A stretch of 22,270 nucleotides of DNA from Sulfurimonadaceae bacterium (GTDB lineage: Bacteria; Campylobacterota; Campylobacteria; Campylobacterales; Sulfurimonadaceae), in contig JBFFUI010000038.1 of NCBI GenBank assembly GCA_041571435.1, forward strand, positions 1 through 22,270, read 5' to 3'. The translations under genes and the position numbers were made by a program. The notes under the pieces are model-generated. The model did not search any database. It was not told the DNA's origin and saw only the letters and a program-made list of their open reading frames with translations. Positions 8,314-19,382 of this stretch are shown here, piece by piece; within the stretch, counting starts at the first letter, position 1, and every line of letters starts with the position of its first letter.

Positions 8314-9405
8314 CTATTTTTGAAAAAAAACTTTTTTATCCCCTAAAACCAGCATTTTAAGAGCGGTTAAAGCACTCTGCTGCTGAATATAGTTTCGGTC
8401 GCCATGGAAGTGATATCTCTTGACTTTTTCATAGGTGTTAGATTTGACGCCGATGACGACAGTGCCGACCGGTTTCTCGTCGCTACCGCCGTCTGGTCCG
8501 GCAACACCGCTGACGGCAAGTGCATAATCTGCTTTAGCGATGCCGAGTGCACCTTCGCACATTTCAGAGACAACCACCTCGCTGACCGCACCGTTGGCAA
8601 CGAGCGTACTGTTCTCTACTGCCAGCCAGTTCTCTTTTAAAATATTGGAGTAGGTGACCAGGGAGCCTTCAAATACTGAAGAGACACCGGCATGAGAGGT
8701 GAAGTAGCAGGCGAGAAGCCCGCCGGTGCAACTCTCTGCCAGCGTGATCTTCTGCTCTGTTGCAAGGATAGCGTCGATGATGTGCTGTACAAGGTCATCG
8801 GCAACAATGATCTTGTCGATATACCGCTCTTTAGCGATCGCCATAAACTTGTCGATAGAGCCGTATGTGTTGCACGCAACTTCGACCTCTACCCACCCGT
8901 CAACGATCTGTGAAAAGGCAGGTACGACGTCAAACTGTCTGGCCAGAGGCTTTAGATGCTCTATAACCTCTTTGATCGATGTCTCGAAAAAGTGCAGTTT
9001 CTGTTTTGCAGAAGGTTCCAAAAGAAGGCGCTGCGGCAGCTCGTGTGACTCCTGTGCCTGTATGACGTTGACAGCTGCGTCTTTAATGTCGAGACGGTAG
9101 CTGTTTTTTGTGAAGTTCTCACACTGTGAAGGTATGAGCATCTGCTCTTTGAGTACAAGCTTGTCATCGGTCACGGTGCAGAGCAGCTTGCCTACCAACG
9201 TAAAGCTTTTCGCACTTGTAACAACATAGATCTTTTCACTGTGAGAAAGTCTGTTCTCGAGTTCGGAAAAGAAATTGCGGTCAGCCTCATCAAAATATTC
9301 GATCGAATTGAGCTTGCCGTCTGCTTCGGTCAGCCTGATGATGTACTCTCTGAAGGGACGGTTCTGGGTGAAAATATTGCCGATAAAGTACAGACGTTTT
9401 TTCAA
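8314..9405 (-). CDS. cinA: CinA family protein with C-terminal PncC (NMN deamidase) domain
   Basis: AESCTGG, VTYSN..K, GAVS and SGVAGPDGGS..KPVGTV motifs; likely TTG start at 9405 with GGAG 6-7 nt upstream and TATACT at 9448-9443. Confidence 0.88.
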   Translation of the reverse strand: MKKRLYFIGNIFTQNRPFREYIIRLTEADGKLNSIEYFDEADRNFFSELENRLSHSEKIYVVTSAKSFTLVGKLLCTVTDDKLVLKEQMLIPSQCENFTKNSYRLDIKDAAVNVIQAQESHELPQRLLLEPSAKQKLHFFETSIKEVIEHLKPLARQFDVVPAFSQIVDGWVEVEVACNTYGSIDKFMAIAKERYIDKIIVADDLVQHIIDAILATEQKITLAESCTGGLLACYFTSHAGVSSVFEGSLVTYSNILKENWLAVENSTLVANGAVSEVVVSEMCEGALGIAKADYALAVSGVAGPDGGSDEKPVGTVVIGVKSNTYEKVKRYHFHGDRNYIQQQSALTALKMLVLGDKKVFFQK

Positions 9406-9455
9406 ATTTCGCTCCAGCGTTGAGATCGCACTATTTATGAGAAGTATAACACAAT

Positions 9456-9610
9456 ACGATGATGTGACAAGCGCGGCCTGTGGCATTGAAGAAACGTTAA
9501 TTGGTCGGTTTCAGCGGTTCACATTCTCCATCGTGATTAAAACCTTGATCGGCCCTTTGCCCCCTGTGAAAGAGGATACGCTGCGGTCGTGCCTTGTTGT
9601 CAGCCCATTT
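9456..9610 (+). ncRNA. ssrS: Probable 6S RNA (rod-shaped structured RNA with central bubble); ends approximate
   Basis: 9466-9484 pairs with 9580-9598 and 9503-9510 pairs with 9547-9554, with several G-U pairs favouring the + strand; unpaired bubble 9485-9502/9555-9579; GCGGTT...TTAAAAC resembles E. coli 6S RNA. Confidence 0.62.
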
Positions 9611-9623
9611 TAAACCCTATAAG

Positions 9624-9631
9624 GATATAAT
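9624..9631 (+). promoter_or_regulatory. -10 box gaTATAAT of the ileS operon
   Basis: Perfect gnTATAAT 33 nt upstream of the ileS ATG. Confidence 0.6.
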
Positions 9632-9664
9632 CCACAAAATATTAAACTGAAAACTGAGGGTTAC

Positions 9665-12424
9665 ATGGATTATAAAGAGACTCTGTTACTGCCTAAAACA
9701 GACTTCCCGATGCGTGGGAATCTTGTTCAAAACGAACCTAAGCGATATAAAGCCTGGGATGAGAACAAGATCTATGAAAAGATGAAGAAAAATCGTAAAG
9801 ATGCTGAGCCTTTCACACTGCATGACGGACCGCCGTATGCAAACGGTCATATCCATATCGGCCACGCCCTCAACAAGGTCCTAAAAGACATCATCATCAA
9901 GTTCAACTACTTCAATCACAAGTCGGTGCGTTTTACACCGGGTTGGGACTGCCATGGTCTGCCGATCGAGCAGCAGGTAGAGAAGAAGCTTGGCGGCAAG
10001 CAGAAGAAAGAGCTTCTCAGCACAGGTGAAGTCCGTAAACTTTGTCGTGAACATGCGGCCAAGTTCGTTGATGTCCAGCGTTCAGAGTTCAAGACCCTCG
10101 GTATTTTGGCAGACTGGGAAAACCCTTACCTCACAATGGACTATAAGTTCGAAGCGAACATCTATCGTACCCTCTGTGATGTCGCCAAGAAAGGGCTGTT
10201 GATCGAGCGTTCTAAACCGGTCTACTGGTCATGGGCTGAACGTACGGCGCTTGCAGAAGCAGAAGTCGAGTATGAAGATAAAGAGTCACACTCTATCTAT
10301 GTCGCGTTCGAACTCAGTGAAGAGTCGAAAGTCCGTATGGGCATTGAAGGAAAAGCGGCTCTGGTTATCTGGACGACGACACCTTGGACATTGCCGGCCA
10401 ATGTCGGTATCTCTCTTAACCCGGACGAGAAGTATGTCCGCACGAGTGACGGTTATATCGTCGCCGAGAAACTCTACAATGAGAACATCGAAAACGGTGT
10501 ATTCTCCGGAGAGGTCGTTCAGACTTTCGATGCTGCCAAATTTGAGAACCTACATGCGATCAACCCTCTAAACGGCCGTTCGTCTCACATTGTTTTAGGT
10601 GAGCACGTCTTGATGGAGAGCGGTACAGGTTGTGTCCATACAGCACCGGGACATGGTGAAGATGACTACCGTGTCGGCCTGAAGTACAATCTTGATGTCA
10701 TTATGCCGGTCGATGAGACGGGCTGCTACGATCAGACGGTCGTTCGCGAAAGACTTTTCCCTAATCCTGAGGAGTTTGTCGGGAAACATATCTTCAAGTC
10801 GAACGAACCGATCCTGGAACTGCTTGGCGATGGGCTTTTGAAAGTCAGCAAGTTTACCCACTCCTATCCGCATTGCTGGCGTTCACATACGCCGCTGATC
10901 TTCCGTGCGACGAAGCAGTGGTTTATCGCAGTTGACCAGAAGCCTGAAGGTGAAGAGCGAACACTTCGTGAGATCGCTCTTGAAGAGGTCGCAAAAACCG
11001 ATTTCTACCCGGAGACCGGCCGTAAACGTCTTAACTCTATGGTCGAGAACCGTCCGGACTGGTGTATCTCCCGTCAACGTGACTGGGGTGTGCCGATCGC
11101 ACTGTTCCGTGTAAAAGCGACCGGTGAAGTGATCCTTGACGAGAAGGTTCTGAATTTTGTAGCGATGATCTTTGAGATGCAGGGTTCTGATGCCTGGTAC
11201 ACGATGGAGATCGCAGAGCTGCTCTATCCGGGTTCAGGATACAAGCCAGAAGAGCTGGAGAAGGTCGATGACATCCTTGACGTCTGGTTTGATTCGGGTT
11301 CAACCTGGAATGCGGTACTTAAGTCACGCAACTACGACGCAGGCCAGTATCCGACCGACCTTTATGTCGAAGGTTCCGACCAGCACCGAGGCTGGTTTCA
11401 GTCGTCACTGTTCTTGAGTGCGGCAGTTCAGTCAAAAGCACCCTACAAAGGTATTTTGACCCACGGCTTTACCGTTGATGCCAAGGGCGAGAAGATGTCC
11501 AAGTCAAAAGGCAACGTCGTCGCTCCGGACAAGGTCGTTCAACAGTATGGTTCAGAGATCCTTCGTTTCTGGGTTGCGATGAGTGACTACCAGACTGACC
11601 TGAAGATCTCTGACGACATTTTGAAGCAGATCGCAGAACAGTACCGTAAACTGCGCAATACCTTCAGATTCCTGTTAGCGAACATCGATGACCTAGAGAC
11701 GATCATGCCGTATAGCGAGATGGGTGAACTTGACCGCTGGATCGTCTCCAAGGCGCAGGTCGTTTTCGACGAGACGCACAAGCAGTTCGGCGAGTACAAT
11801 TTTGTCGGCGGTATGAGTACGCTTAACAACTTTATTGTCAATGAGCTGAGCGGTATCTTTATGGATATCACCAAAGACAGACTCTACTGTGATGCAAAAG
11901 ATGATGCACACCGTCGTGCTTCGCAGAGTGCGATGGCGATGATCACGAAGTCGCTGCTTGGTCTGATAGCACCGATCTTGACCTACACGGCCGATGAGAT
12001 CATTGAGAGTGCACCGGCGGTCATAAAAGGCGATGCCGAAGATATCTTTGACTTCGTCTATACGCCGATCAATGTCGAGTATTCACTGTTTGACGAAGAG
12101 TACATGGTCAAGGCACGCGAAGGTTTCTCGGAAGTGGTCGACGGCCTCAAAAAAGAGAAAAAGATCAAAAGTACGCTGGAACTCATTATCTATGGTGAGT
12201 CAGCAAAAATCAGCGCGCTTCCTGAAGTTGAAGCGGAAGATTGGTTCGTTGTCTCCGGTATTGAAGCAGGGCTGCCTGTTGAAAAAGTGGGTGAGTTCAA
12301 TGTCGAGGGCGATACCTTTGTCATCGGTATGGCAACAGAAGCGAAGTGTCCGCGTTGCTGGAAGTTCCACTCGAAAGACGAAGAGAGCCTGTGTGACCGT
12401 TGTGACAAGGTGATGAATGTTTAA
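9665..12424 (+). CDS. ileS: Isoleucine--tRNA ligase (type 1)
   Basis: LHDGPPYANG.HIGH, GWDCHGLP, WCISRQR and KMSKS motifs; C-terminal CPRC..CDRC zinc site. Confidence 0.98.
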   Translation: MDYKETLLLPKTDFPMRGNLVQNEPKRYKAWDENKIYEKMKKNRKDAEPFTLHDGPPYANGHIHIGHALNKVLKDIIIKFNYFNHKSVRFTPGWDCHGLPIEQQVEKKLGGKQKKELLSTGEVRKLCREHAAKFVDVQRSEFKTLGILADWENPYLTMDYKFEANIYRTLCDVAKKGLLIERSKPVYWSWAERTALAEAEVEYEDKESHSIYVAFELSEESKVRMGIEGKAALVIWTTTPWTLPANVGISLNPDEKYVRTSDGYIVAEKLYNENIENGVFSGEVVQTFDAAKFENLHAINPLNGRSSHIVLGEHVLMESGTGCVHTAPGHGEDDYRVGLKYNLDVIMPVDETGCYDQTVVRERLFPNPEEFVGKHIFKSNEPILELLGDGLLKVSKFTHSYPHCWRSHTPLIFRATKQWFIAVDQKPEGEERTLREIALEEVAKTDFYPETGRKRLNSMVENRPDWCISRQRDWGVPIALFRVKATGEVILDEKVLNFVAMIFEMQGSDAWYTMEIAELLYPGSGYKPEELEKVDDILDVWFDSGSTWNAVLKSRNYDAGQYPTDLYVEGSDQHRGWFQSSLFLSAAVQSKAPYKGILTHGFTVDAKGEKMSKSKGNVVAPDKVVQQYGSEILRFWVAMSDYQTDLKISDDILKQIAEQYRKLRNTFRFLLANIDDLETIMPYSEMGELDRWIVSKAQVVFDETHKQFGEYNFVGGMSTLNNFIVNELSGIFMDITKDRLYCDAKDDAHRRASQSAMAMITKSLLGLIAPILTYTADEIIESAPAVIKGDAEDIFDFVYTPINVEYSLFDEEYMVKAREGFSEVVDGLKKEKKIKSTLELIIYGESAKISALPEVEAEDWFVVSGIEAGLPVEKVGEFNVEGDTFVIGMATEAKCPRCWKFHSKDEESLCDRCDKVMNV

Positions 12425-12425
12425 C

Positions 12426-12536
12426 ATGACAGAGCCGGTGAGCGCCATGACCATCATCGTGACGATCGTAATTATCGTCGCCGTCTCTCTGCTCGGCATC
12501 TATGCAGTAAAAAAAGCAAAAAAGGATAATGTTTGA
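12426..12536 (+). CDS. 36-aa single-pass membrane protein (not in ORF track)
   Basis: [36 protein letters not shown]; starts 1 nt after the ileS stop, and its TGA overlaps the gatA TTG. Confidence 0.8.
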   Translation: MTEPVSAMTIIVTIVIIVAVSLLGIYAVKKAKKDNV

Positions 12537-13870
12537 TTACACTTAAAGAAGCCCTTAGCCTCTCGAAAGAGGAGCTAGCCACTTTTAAAGACGATCTCAA
12601 AAAACAGATCGAAGCAAGGCCTGAGATCAATGCCTATGTTGATATCAACAATGTCGGTGACGGTGTGCCGATCGCGATCAAAGATAACATCCAGGTCAAA
12701 GAGTGGTCCGTGACGTCAGGTTCGAAGATCCTGCAAGGCTACATCGCACCGTACAATGCGACGGTGATCAACAAGCTGACAGAGGCGGGTCTTTCACCGT
12801 TTGGACGTACCAATATGGATGAGTTCGCAATGGGCTCGACAACAGAGAGCTCATGCTACGGTATCACACAAAACCCGCATAACCCGAACTGCGTACCCGG
12901 TGGTTCTTCAGGCGGATCTGCAGCCGCAGTCGGTGCAGGACTTGCTATTGCGGCACTGGGTTCCGATACCGGCGGATCGATCCGCCAGCCGGCCGCTTTT
13001 TGCGGGATCGTCGGGATGAAGCCGACCTATGGCCGTGTCAGCCGTTACGGTCTGGGAGCCTACGCGAGCTCGCTTGATCAGATCGGACCGATGACACAGA
13101 ATGTTGAAGATGCGGCAATTCTTTATGACATTATCAGCGGACACGATGAGAAAGACTCGACAAGCTATGCAAGCAATGACAAGGTCGCTGACAAGCTTGA
13201 CCCGTCTCGCAAACTGACGATCGCCATTATCCCGGACCATGTCAAAGATGCCAGTGACGATATCAAAAAAGGGTATGAAAAAGCGATCGAGGCACTCAAA
13301 GCCGCCGGTCATACTATTGTCGAAAAGAGCCTGATGGACGGTAAGTTCGATATCTCTGCTTACTACATTACGGCAACCGCTGAGGCCACGACGAACCTCG
13401 CACGCTATGACGGTATCCGTTACGGAAACCGTAAAGAGGGTGAAAACCTTAACGACCTTTTTGTCAAGACCCGTTCGGAAGGTTTTGGCGACGAAGTCAA
13501 ACGTCGTATTCTTCTGGGTAACTTTGTTCTTTCTAGCGGGTATTATGATGCCTACTATGTCAAAGCACAAAAGGTACGTCACCTGATCAAAGAGGAGTAT
13601 GCAAAACTCTTTGCCGAAGTCGACCTTATCTTAAGCCCTGTAGCGCCGCGTACGGCCTACGAAGTCGGTGCTTTGGAAGATCCGCTCGAGATGTATTTGA
13701 GTGATATCTATACCATCTCAGTCAACCTTGCCGGATTGCCTGCAATTTCATTGCCGGTAGACAAAGCAGAGAACGGCATGCCGGTCGGTCTGCAACTGAT
13801 CGCCAACGCATATGAGGAGCAGACACTGTTTGACGGTGCCCTCTCATTAGAAAAACAATTAAATTCATAA
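12533..13870 (+). CDS. gatA: Asp/Glu-tRNA(Asn/Gln) amidotransferase subunit A
   Basis: Amidase signature GGSSGGS...[22 protein letters not shown] and RYDGIRYG. Confidence 0.97.
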   Translation: MITLKEALSLSKEELATFKDDLKKQIEARPEINAYVDINNVGDGVPIAIKDNIQVKEWSVTSGSKILQGYIAPYNATVINKLTEAGLSPFGRTNMDEFAMGSTTESSCYGITQNPHNPNCVPGGSSGGSAAAVGAGLAIAALGSDTGGSIRQPAAFCGIVGMKPTYGRVSRYGLGAYASSLDQIGPMTQNVEDAAILYDIISGHDEKDSTSYASNDKVADKLDPSRKLTIAIIPDHVKDASDDIKKGYEKAIEALKAAGHTIVEKSLMDGKFDISAYYITATAEATTNLARYDGIRYGNRKEGENLNDLFVKTRSEGFGDEVKRRILLGNFVLSSGYYDAYYVKAQKVRHLIKEEYAKLFAEVDLILSPVAPRTAYEVGALEDPLEMYLSDIYTISVNLAGLPAISLPVDKAENGMPVGLQLIANAYEEQTLFDGALSLEKQLNS

Positions 13871-15331
<1,461 letters not shown>

Positions 15332-15456
15332 ACAGGGTAAACCCTTTACACTGAACCCGGGTAACAGGCTATTATAGGTTTGTGCCCAAAGTCGAAATTC
15401 TAAGCTTGGAAACGTCATACGACAGCTGGCGGTGACATAGTTAGCGATGGATATAA

Positions 15457-15963
15457 ATGAAAAAAAAGTCTGACAATCTAACATCCACTGTCAAGTATGC
15501 CGGCTTTTGGATCCGCTTTTTGGCGACTTGGATCGACACGGCAGTATTGATCTTGCCGATCGCTCTTCTTATCTATCTTGTCAGCGACGGCAACTGGCTC
15601 AATTTCTCGGACGTTTCGAAAAGTATGACCTTCGCCCGTAACGGTGACGTGCTTGCATCACTCCAGAACCTGCCCAAAGCCAGTATGAAATGGGAATCAC
15701 TGTTCGAACTGGCGATCGCCGGTGTTACCATTTTCTTCTGGAAAAAGTGGGCCGGAGCGACCCCGGGCAAGAAATTGGTGGGGATTCATGTGGTTGACCT
15801 TAAAACATACCAAGAGATTAACAACAAACAAGCGATTATTCGTTATATTGGTTATATTATTTCTACCATCCCCTTGGCTGCCGGCTTTTTAATGGTTGGC
15901 TTTAGAAAAGACAGGCGTGCGCTACATGATTTGTTAGCAGGCACAGCTGTTATATATAGATAA
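15457..15963 (+). CDS. RDD family membrane protein
   Basis: YAGFWIRFLATWID, ATPGK and RALHDLLAGT motifs. Confidence 0.9.
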   Translation: MKKKSDNLTSTVKYAGFWIRFLATWIDTAVLILPIALLIYLVSDGNWLNFSDVSKSMTFARNGDVLASLQNLPKASMKWESLFELAIAGVTIFFWKKWAGATPGKKLVGIHVVDLKTYQEINNKQAIIRYIGYIISTIPLAAGFLMVGFRKDRRALHDLLAGTAVIYR

Positions 15964-15977
15964 CACAAAGGACAAAA

Positions 15978-17243
15978 ATGCATTTTCAAACAGAAGCACT
16001 ACACGCAGGCTACGAGAAAGATTCTCAGTCAACAATGGCTGTACCGATTTATATGAGTACAGCGTATGAGTTTCGTGATGTTGAACATGCAGCCAACCTC
16101 TTTGCACTGAAAGAGCTTGGCAATATCTATACCCGTCTTAACAATCCGACGACCGATGTCTTTGAAAAACGTTTTGCCCAGCTTGAAGGGGGAGAAGCGG
16201 GGCTTGCGACATCCAGCGGTATGTCAGCGATCTTCTATGCGATCGCCAATGCTGCCGAAGCGGGCGATAACATCGTCTGTGCTTCACAGCTTTACGGCGG
16301 ATCGCTGACACTGTTCTCACACACACTGAAGCGTTTCGGGATCGAAGCGCGTTATTTTGACGTGCAGAACCCGCAAACGGCCGAAGCGCTTATCGACGAC
16401 AAGACCAAAGTGATCTTTTTTGAAAGCCTAACCAACCCGAGTATCGATGTCGCTAACATTGCAGCGATCACGGCCATTGCCAACAAACACAAGGTTCTGA
16501 CGGTCGTTGACAACACGGTTGCGACACCGGCACTCTGCCGTCCGCTGGAACACGGGGTCGATGTCGTTGTACACTCTGCCAGTAAATATACGACCGGTCA
16601 GGGGCTTGCCATCGGCGGGATCATGGTCGAGCGTAAAGGCTTGGTCGATAAGCTCAAAGGTAACCTGCGCTACGCACACTTTAACGAGCCGGATACCTCG
16701 TATCATGGACTGGTCTATGTTGATGTCCCGCTTCCTGTCTACACCCTGCGTGCACGTCTGTCACTCTTGCGTGATATCGGGGCCGTCAGTTCACCGTTTA
16801 ACTCATGGCTCTTTATTCAGGGCTTGGAAACACTTTCACTTCGTATGAAAGAACATTCACACAATGCCCTGATGTTGGCAGAGTTCCTGGAAGGTCATCC
16901 TAAAGTTGCCGTAGTCAACTATCCGGGCCTGAAATCAAACCCGAACTATGAAAATGCGCAGCGTTATTTTGATAAGGGGCAGGCGAGCGGGCTCTTAAGC
17001 TTTGTCGTCAGTGATTATGACCAAGCAAAAGCGATCGTCGATGCGACCAAGCTTTTTTCACTCGTGGTGAACATCGGTGATTCGAAATCGATCATCACGC
17101 ACCCGGCATCGACAACACACCAACAGCTTTCAGAAGATGAGCTCGTTGCCTGCGGCGTGCCTGCGGGGCTGATCCGTATCAGTGCAGGCCTTGAGAATGT
17201 TGCCGATCTTATAGCAGACCTTTCACAGGCGTTAGAGGCGTAA
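15978..17243 (+). CDS. metY: O-acetylhomoserine aminocarboxypropyltransferase (sulfhydrylase)
   Basis: GNIYTRLNNPT, SSGMSA, VDNT, HSASKY (PLP lysine) and NIGDSKS..THPASTTH motifs. Confidence 0.93.
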   Translation: MHFQTEALHAGYEKDSQSTMAVPIYMSTAYEFRDVEHAANLFALKELGNIYTRLNNPTTDVFEKRFAQLEGGEAGLATSSGMSAIFYAIANAAEAGDNIVCASQLYGGSLTLFSHTLKRFGIEARYFDVQNPQTAEALIDDKTKVIFFESLTNPSIDVANIAAITAIANKHKVLTVVDNTVATPALCRPLEHGVDVVVHSASKYTTGQGLAIGGIMVERKGLVDKLKGNLRYAHFNEPDTSYHGLVYVDVPLPVYTLRARLSLLRDIGAVSSPFNSWLFIQGLETLSLRMKEHSHNALMLAEFLEGHPKVAVVNYPGLKSNPNYENAQRYFDKGQASGLLSFVVSDYDQAKAIVDATKLFSLVVNIGDSKSIITHPASTTHQQLSEDELVACGVPAGLIRISAGLENVADLIADLSQALEA

Positions 17244-17245
17244 CC

Positions 17246-18373
17246 ATCGAAGCAAGAAAAAGCAGAGAGCTCTTAAACCTAGAGACCCATAGTGAACACT
17301 TTACTAATCCTCTGTACCTGGAGAGCGGGCGTATCCTGGAACCGTACGACATCGTCTATGAGACCTACGGCAAGATGAACGAAGAGAAGTCGAACATCAT
17401 CGTCGTGTGCCATGCGCTGACCGGTTCGCACCATGCCGCCGGCTACTACGAAGGCGAGCACAAACCGGGCTGGTGGGACGGCCTGATCGGTCCGGGCAAA
17501 GCCATCGATACCGACGAGTATTTCGTCATCTGCACCAATGTCATCGGCAGCTGTTTCGGCTCGACCGGACCGATGTCGACGATGTACCCGCACCTTGAAG
17601 CCTACCGCTACAAGTTCCCTGTCGTCACGATCAAAGACATGGTCAAAGCGCAGCGTATTTTGTTCGACCGTTTGGGCATCCACCATGTCCATGCCATTGT
17701 AGGCGGGTCGATGGGCGGTATGCAGGCGCTGCAGTTCGCCGTACATTTTCCGAAGTTCGCGACCAAGATCATCACCATGGCCGCGACCCATGCGACCCAG
17801 CCGTGGGCGATCGCGTTTAACAAGGTCGCGCAGGAGTCGATCCTGAACGATCCCGACTTTAAAAACGGTTACTACGACCCCGAAGACATTCACGAAAACG
17901 GTCTGAGCGGCATGGCGGTCGGGCGTATGGCAGGGCACATCAGCTTTTTGTCGCCCCACTCGATGGAACAGAAGTTCGGGCGTGAATACAAACGCACGGA
18001 CGGGCTGTATGAGCTTTTCGGCAAGTTTCAGGTGGAGTCGTACCTGGAGTACAACGGCTACAACTTTACCAAATGGTTCGACCCGCTTGCCTATCTCTAC
18101 ATCACCAAAGCGATCAACATCTACGATCTTTCGCGCGGCTTTGACTCTCTGGAAGAGGCCCTGGAGAAGATCCAGTCAGAGACCTATCTGATAGGCTTTA
18201 AAGACGACATGCTCTTTAAGAGCGATGAGATGAAGACCATCGCCGACGGACTGGCGGGACGGGCCGATCTGAAAAGCGACTACCTGGAAGTGGACAGCGA
18301 CTACGGGCACGACGCCTTTTTGGTGGAGCTCGACAAATTTGAAGATTATGTAAGAAAGGCGTTGCATGAGTGA
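17246..18373 (+). CDS. metX: Homoserine O-acetyltransferase; true start is upstream of the ATG at 17375 (candidate ATC at 17246)
   Basis: LESG...YETYG (upstream of the first ATG), CHALTGSHH, GWWD, GGSMGGMQ and YGHDAFL motifs. Confidence 0.9.
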   Translation: MEARKSRELLNLETHSEHFTNPLYLESGRILEPYDIVYETYGKMNEEKSNIIVVCHALTGSHHAAGYYEGEHKPGWWDGLIGPGKAIDTDEYFVICTNVIGSCFGSTGPMSTMYPHLEAYRYKFPVVTIKDMVKAQRILFDRLGIHHVHAIVGGSMGGMQALQFAVHFPKFATKIITMAATHATQPWAIAFNKVAQESILNDPDFKNGYYDPEDIHENGLSGMAVGRMAGHISFLSPHSMEQKFGREYKRTDGLYELFGKFQVESYLEYNGYNFTKWFDPLAYLYITKAINIYDLSRGFDSLEEALEKIQSETYLIGFKDDMLFKSDEMKTIADGLAGRADLKSDYLEVDSDYGHDAFLVELDKFEDYVRKALHE

Positions 18374-18563
18374 GAAGAGAGCAGAAGATTTTGAAGTCAG
18401 ACTGGAGAAAGCGAAGGTGATCCTGGAGAAGCTGATGAACCCGGAGATCACCCTCAGTGACAGTGTCAAGGCGTATGAAGAGGGGATGAAAGAGCTTCAG
18501 GAAGCACAGAAGATGCTTGAGAACGCCCAGCTTCAGATAGAACAGATCCGTACACAGCAGTAG
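18366..18563 (+). CDS. xseB: Exodeoxyribonuclease VII small subunit
   Basis: FEVRLE...ILEKL...ITLSDSVKAYEEG...LENAQLQI pattern. Confidence 0.88.
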   Translation: MSEKRAEDFEVRLEKAKVILEKLMNPEITLSDSVKAYEEGMKELQEAQKMLENAQLQIEQIRTQQ

Positions 18564-18577
18564 GAAAAGAGGGGCCA

Positions 18578-19369
18578 ATGAAAGTCGCGGTACTCCAACT
18601 TCAATCCATTGGCATGAGTTCGACCAAACTGTACCATTTTGTGCGCATCGCCCATAAAAAAGGGGTGAAACTCCTTCTTCTGGGCGAGTACATGCTCAAC
18701 TCCTTTTTTAAAGAGCTCGAGACGACCCCCGTCGCGATGATCCGGGAGCAGAGCGAGCATCAGCTCACGGTGTTGAAAGAGATGGCCCAGAAACACAGTA
18801 TGGTCATTGTCGCCCCGATCATCCTTGTGCGGAAAAAAGAGCCCTACAAGGTGATCGCCAAGATCTCGCCAAGCTCCATAAGCTATTACCACCAGCAATT
18901 CCTTATCAACTACAGCCACTGGAACGAAGAGAAGTATTTCGCCAACCCGATAGAGGGTGTCCGAGCCCCGTTGAGTTTTACGTTTGAGGGGGTGAAGTTT
19001 ATGGTCATGGGCGGGTTTGAACTCCATTTCGATGACCTCTGGTACTACGCTTCGATGAAAAACATCGACTGTGTGCTGCTGCCGACCATCTCGACCTTTG
19101 AGTCGCACGAACGCTGGAAAGAGATCATCAAAACGCGCGCCTTTACCCACAACTGCTACATCCTCCGTGCCAACCGCATCGGCGACTACAAAGAAGATGA
19201 CTACACCTGGCACTTCTACGGCGACTCCGTCCTTGCCAACCCGTACGGCGAGATCGAAGAGCACCTCGGCGACAGTGAAGAGCTGATGATCGCGGAGATC
19301 GACCATAAAAAGGTGATCGAAGCGCGGCGCAGCTGGGGCTTTAAAGAGGCGATCAACAAGCGGTTGTAG
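18578..19369 (+). CDS. Carbon-nitrogen hydrolase family protein (catalytic Lys/Cys apparently replaced)
   Basis: MKVAVLQ, LLGEY, TRAFTHNCYILRANRIG and FYGDSVLANPYG motifs. Confidence 0.88.
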   Translation: MKVAVLQLQSIGMSSTKLYHFVRIAHKKGVKLLLLGEYMLNSFFKELETTPVAMIREQSEHQLTVLKEMAQKHSMVIVAPIILVRKKEPYKVIAKISPSSISYYHQQFLINYSHWNEEKYFANPIEGVRAPLSFTFEGVKFMVMGGFELHFDDLWYYASMKNIDCVLLPTISTFESHERWKEIIKTRAFTHNCYILRANRIGDYKEDDYTWHFYGDSVLANPYGEIEEHLGDSEELMIAEIDHKKVIEARRSWGFKEAINKRL

Positions 19370-19382
19370 GCTGTTTATACGG

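Noticed and set aside
9406-9486. 27-aa N-terminal extension of cinA from the ORF track
   Set aside because: There is a better RBS and TTG at 9405, and the extension overlaps the promoter and the structured RNA.
9456-9664. T-box leader for ileS
   Set aside because: No T-box (UGGNACC) motif or specifier stem is visible, and a TATAAT lies downstream of the structure, close to the ileS start.
12533-13870. gatA without adjacent gatC/gatB
   Set aside because: Dispersed gat genes are ordinary in Campylobacterota.
15332-15456. SAM riboswitch or terminator upstream of RDD-metY-metX
   Set aside because: Only short palindromes (GGGTAAACCC, CCCGGG) are present, with no recognisable SAM aptamer and no U-tract.
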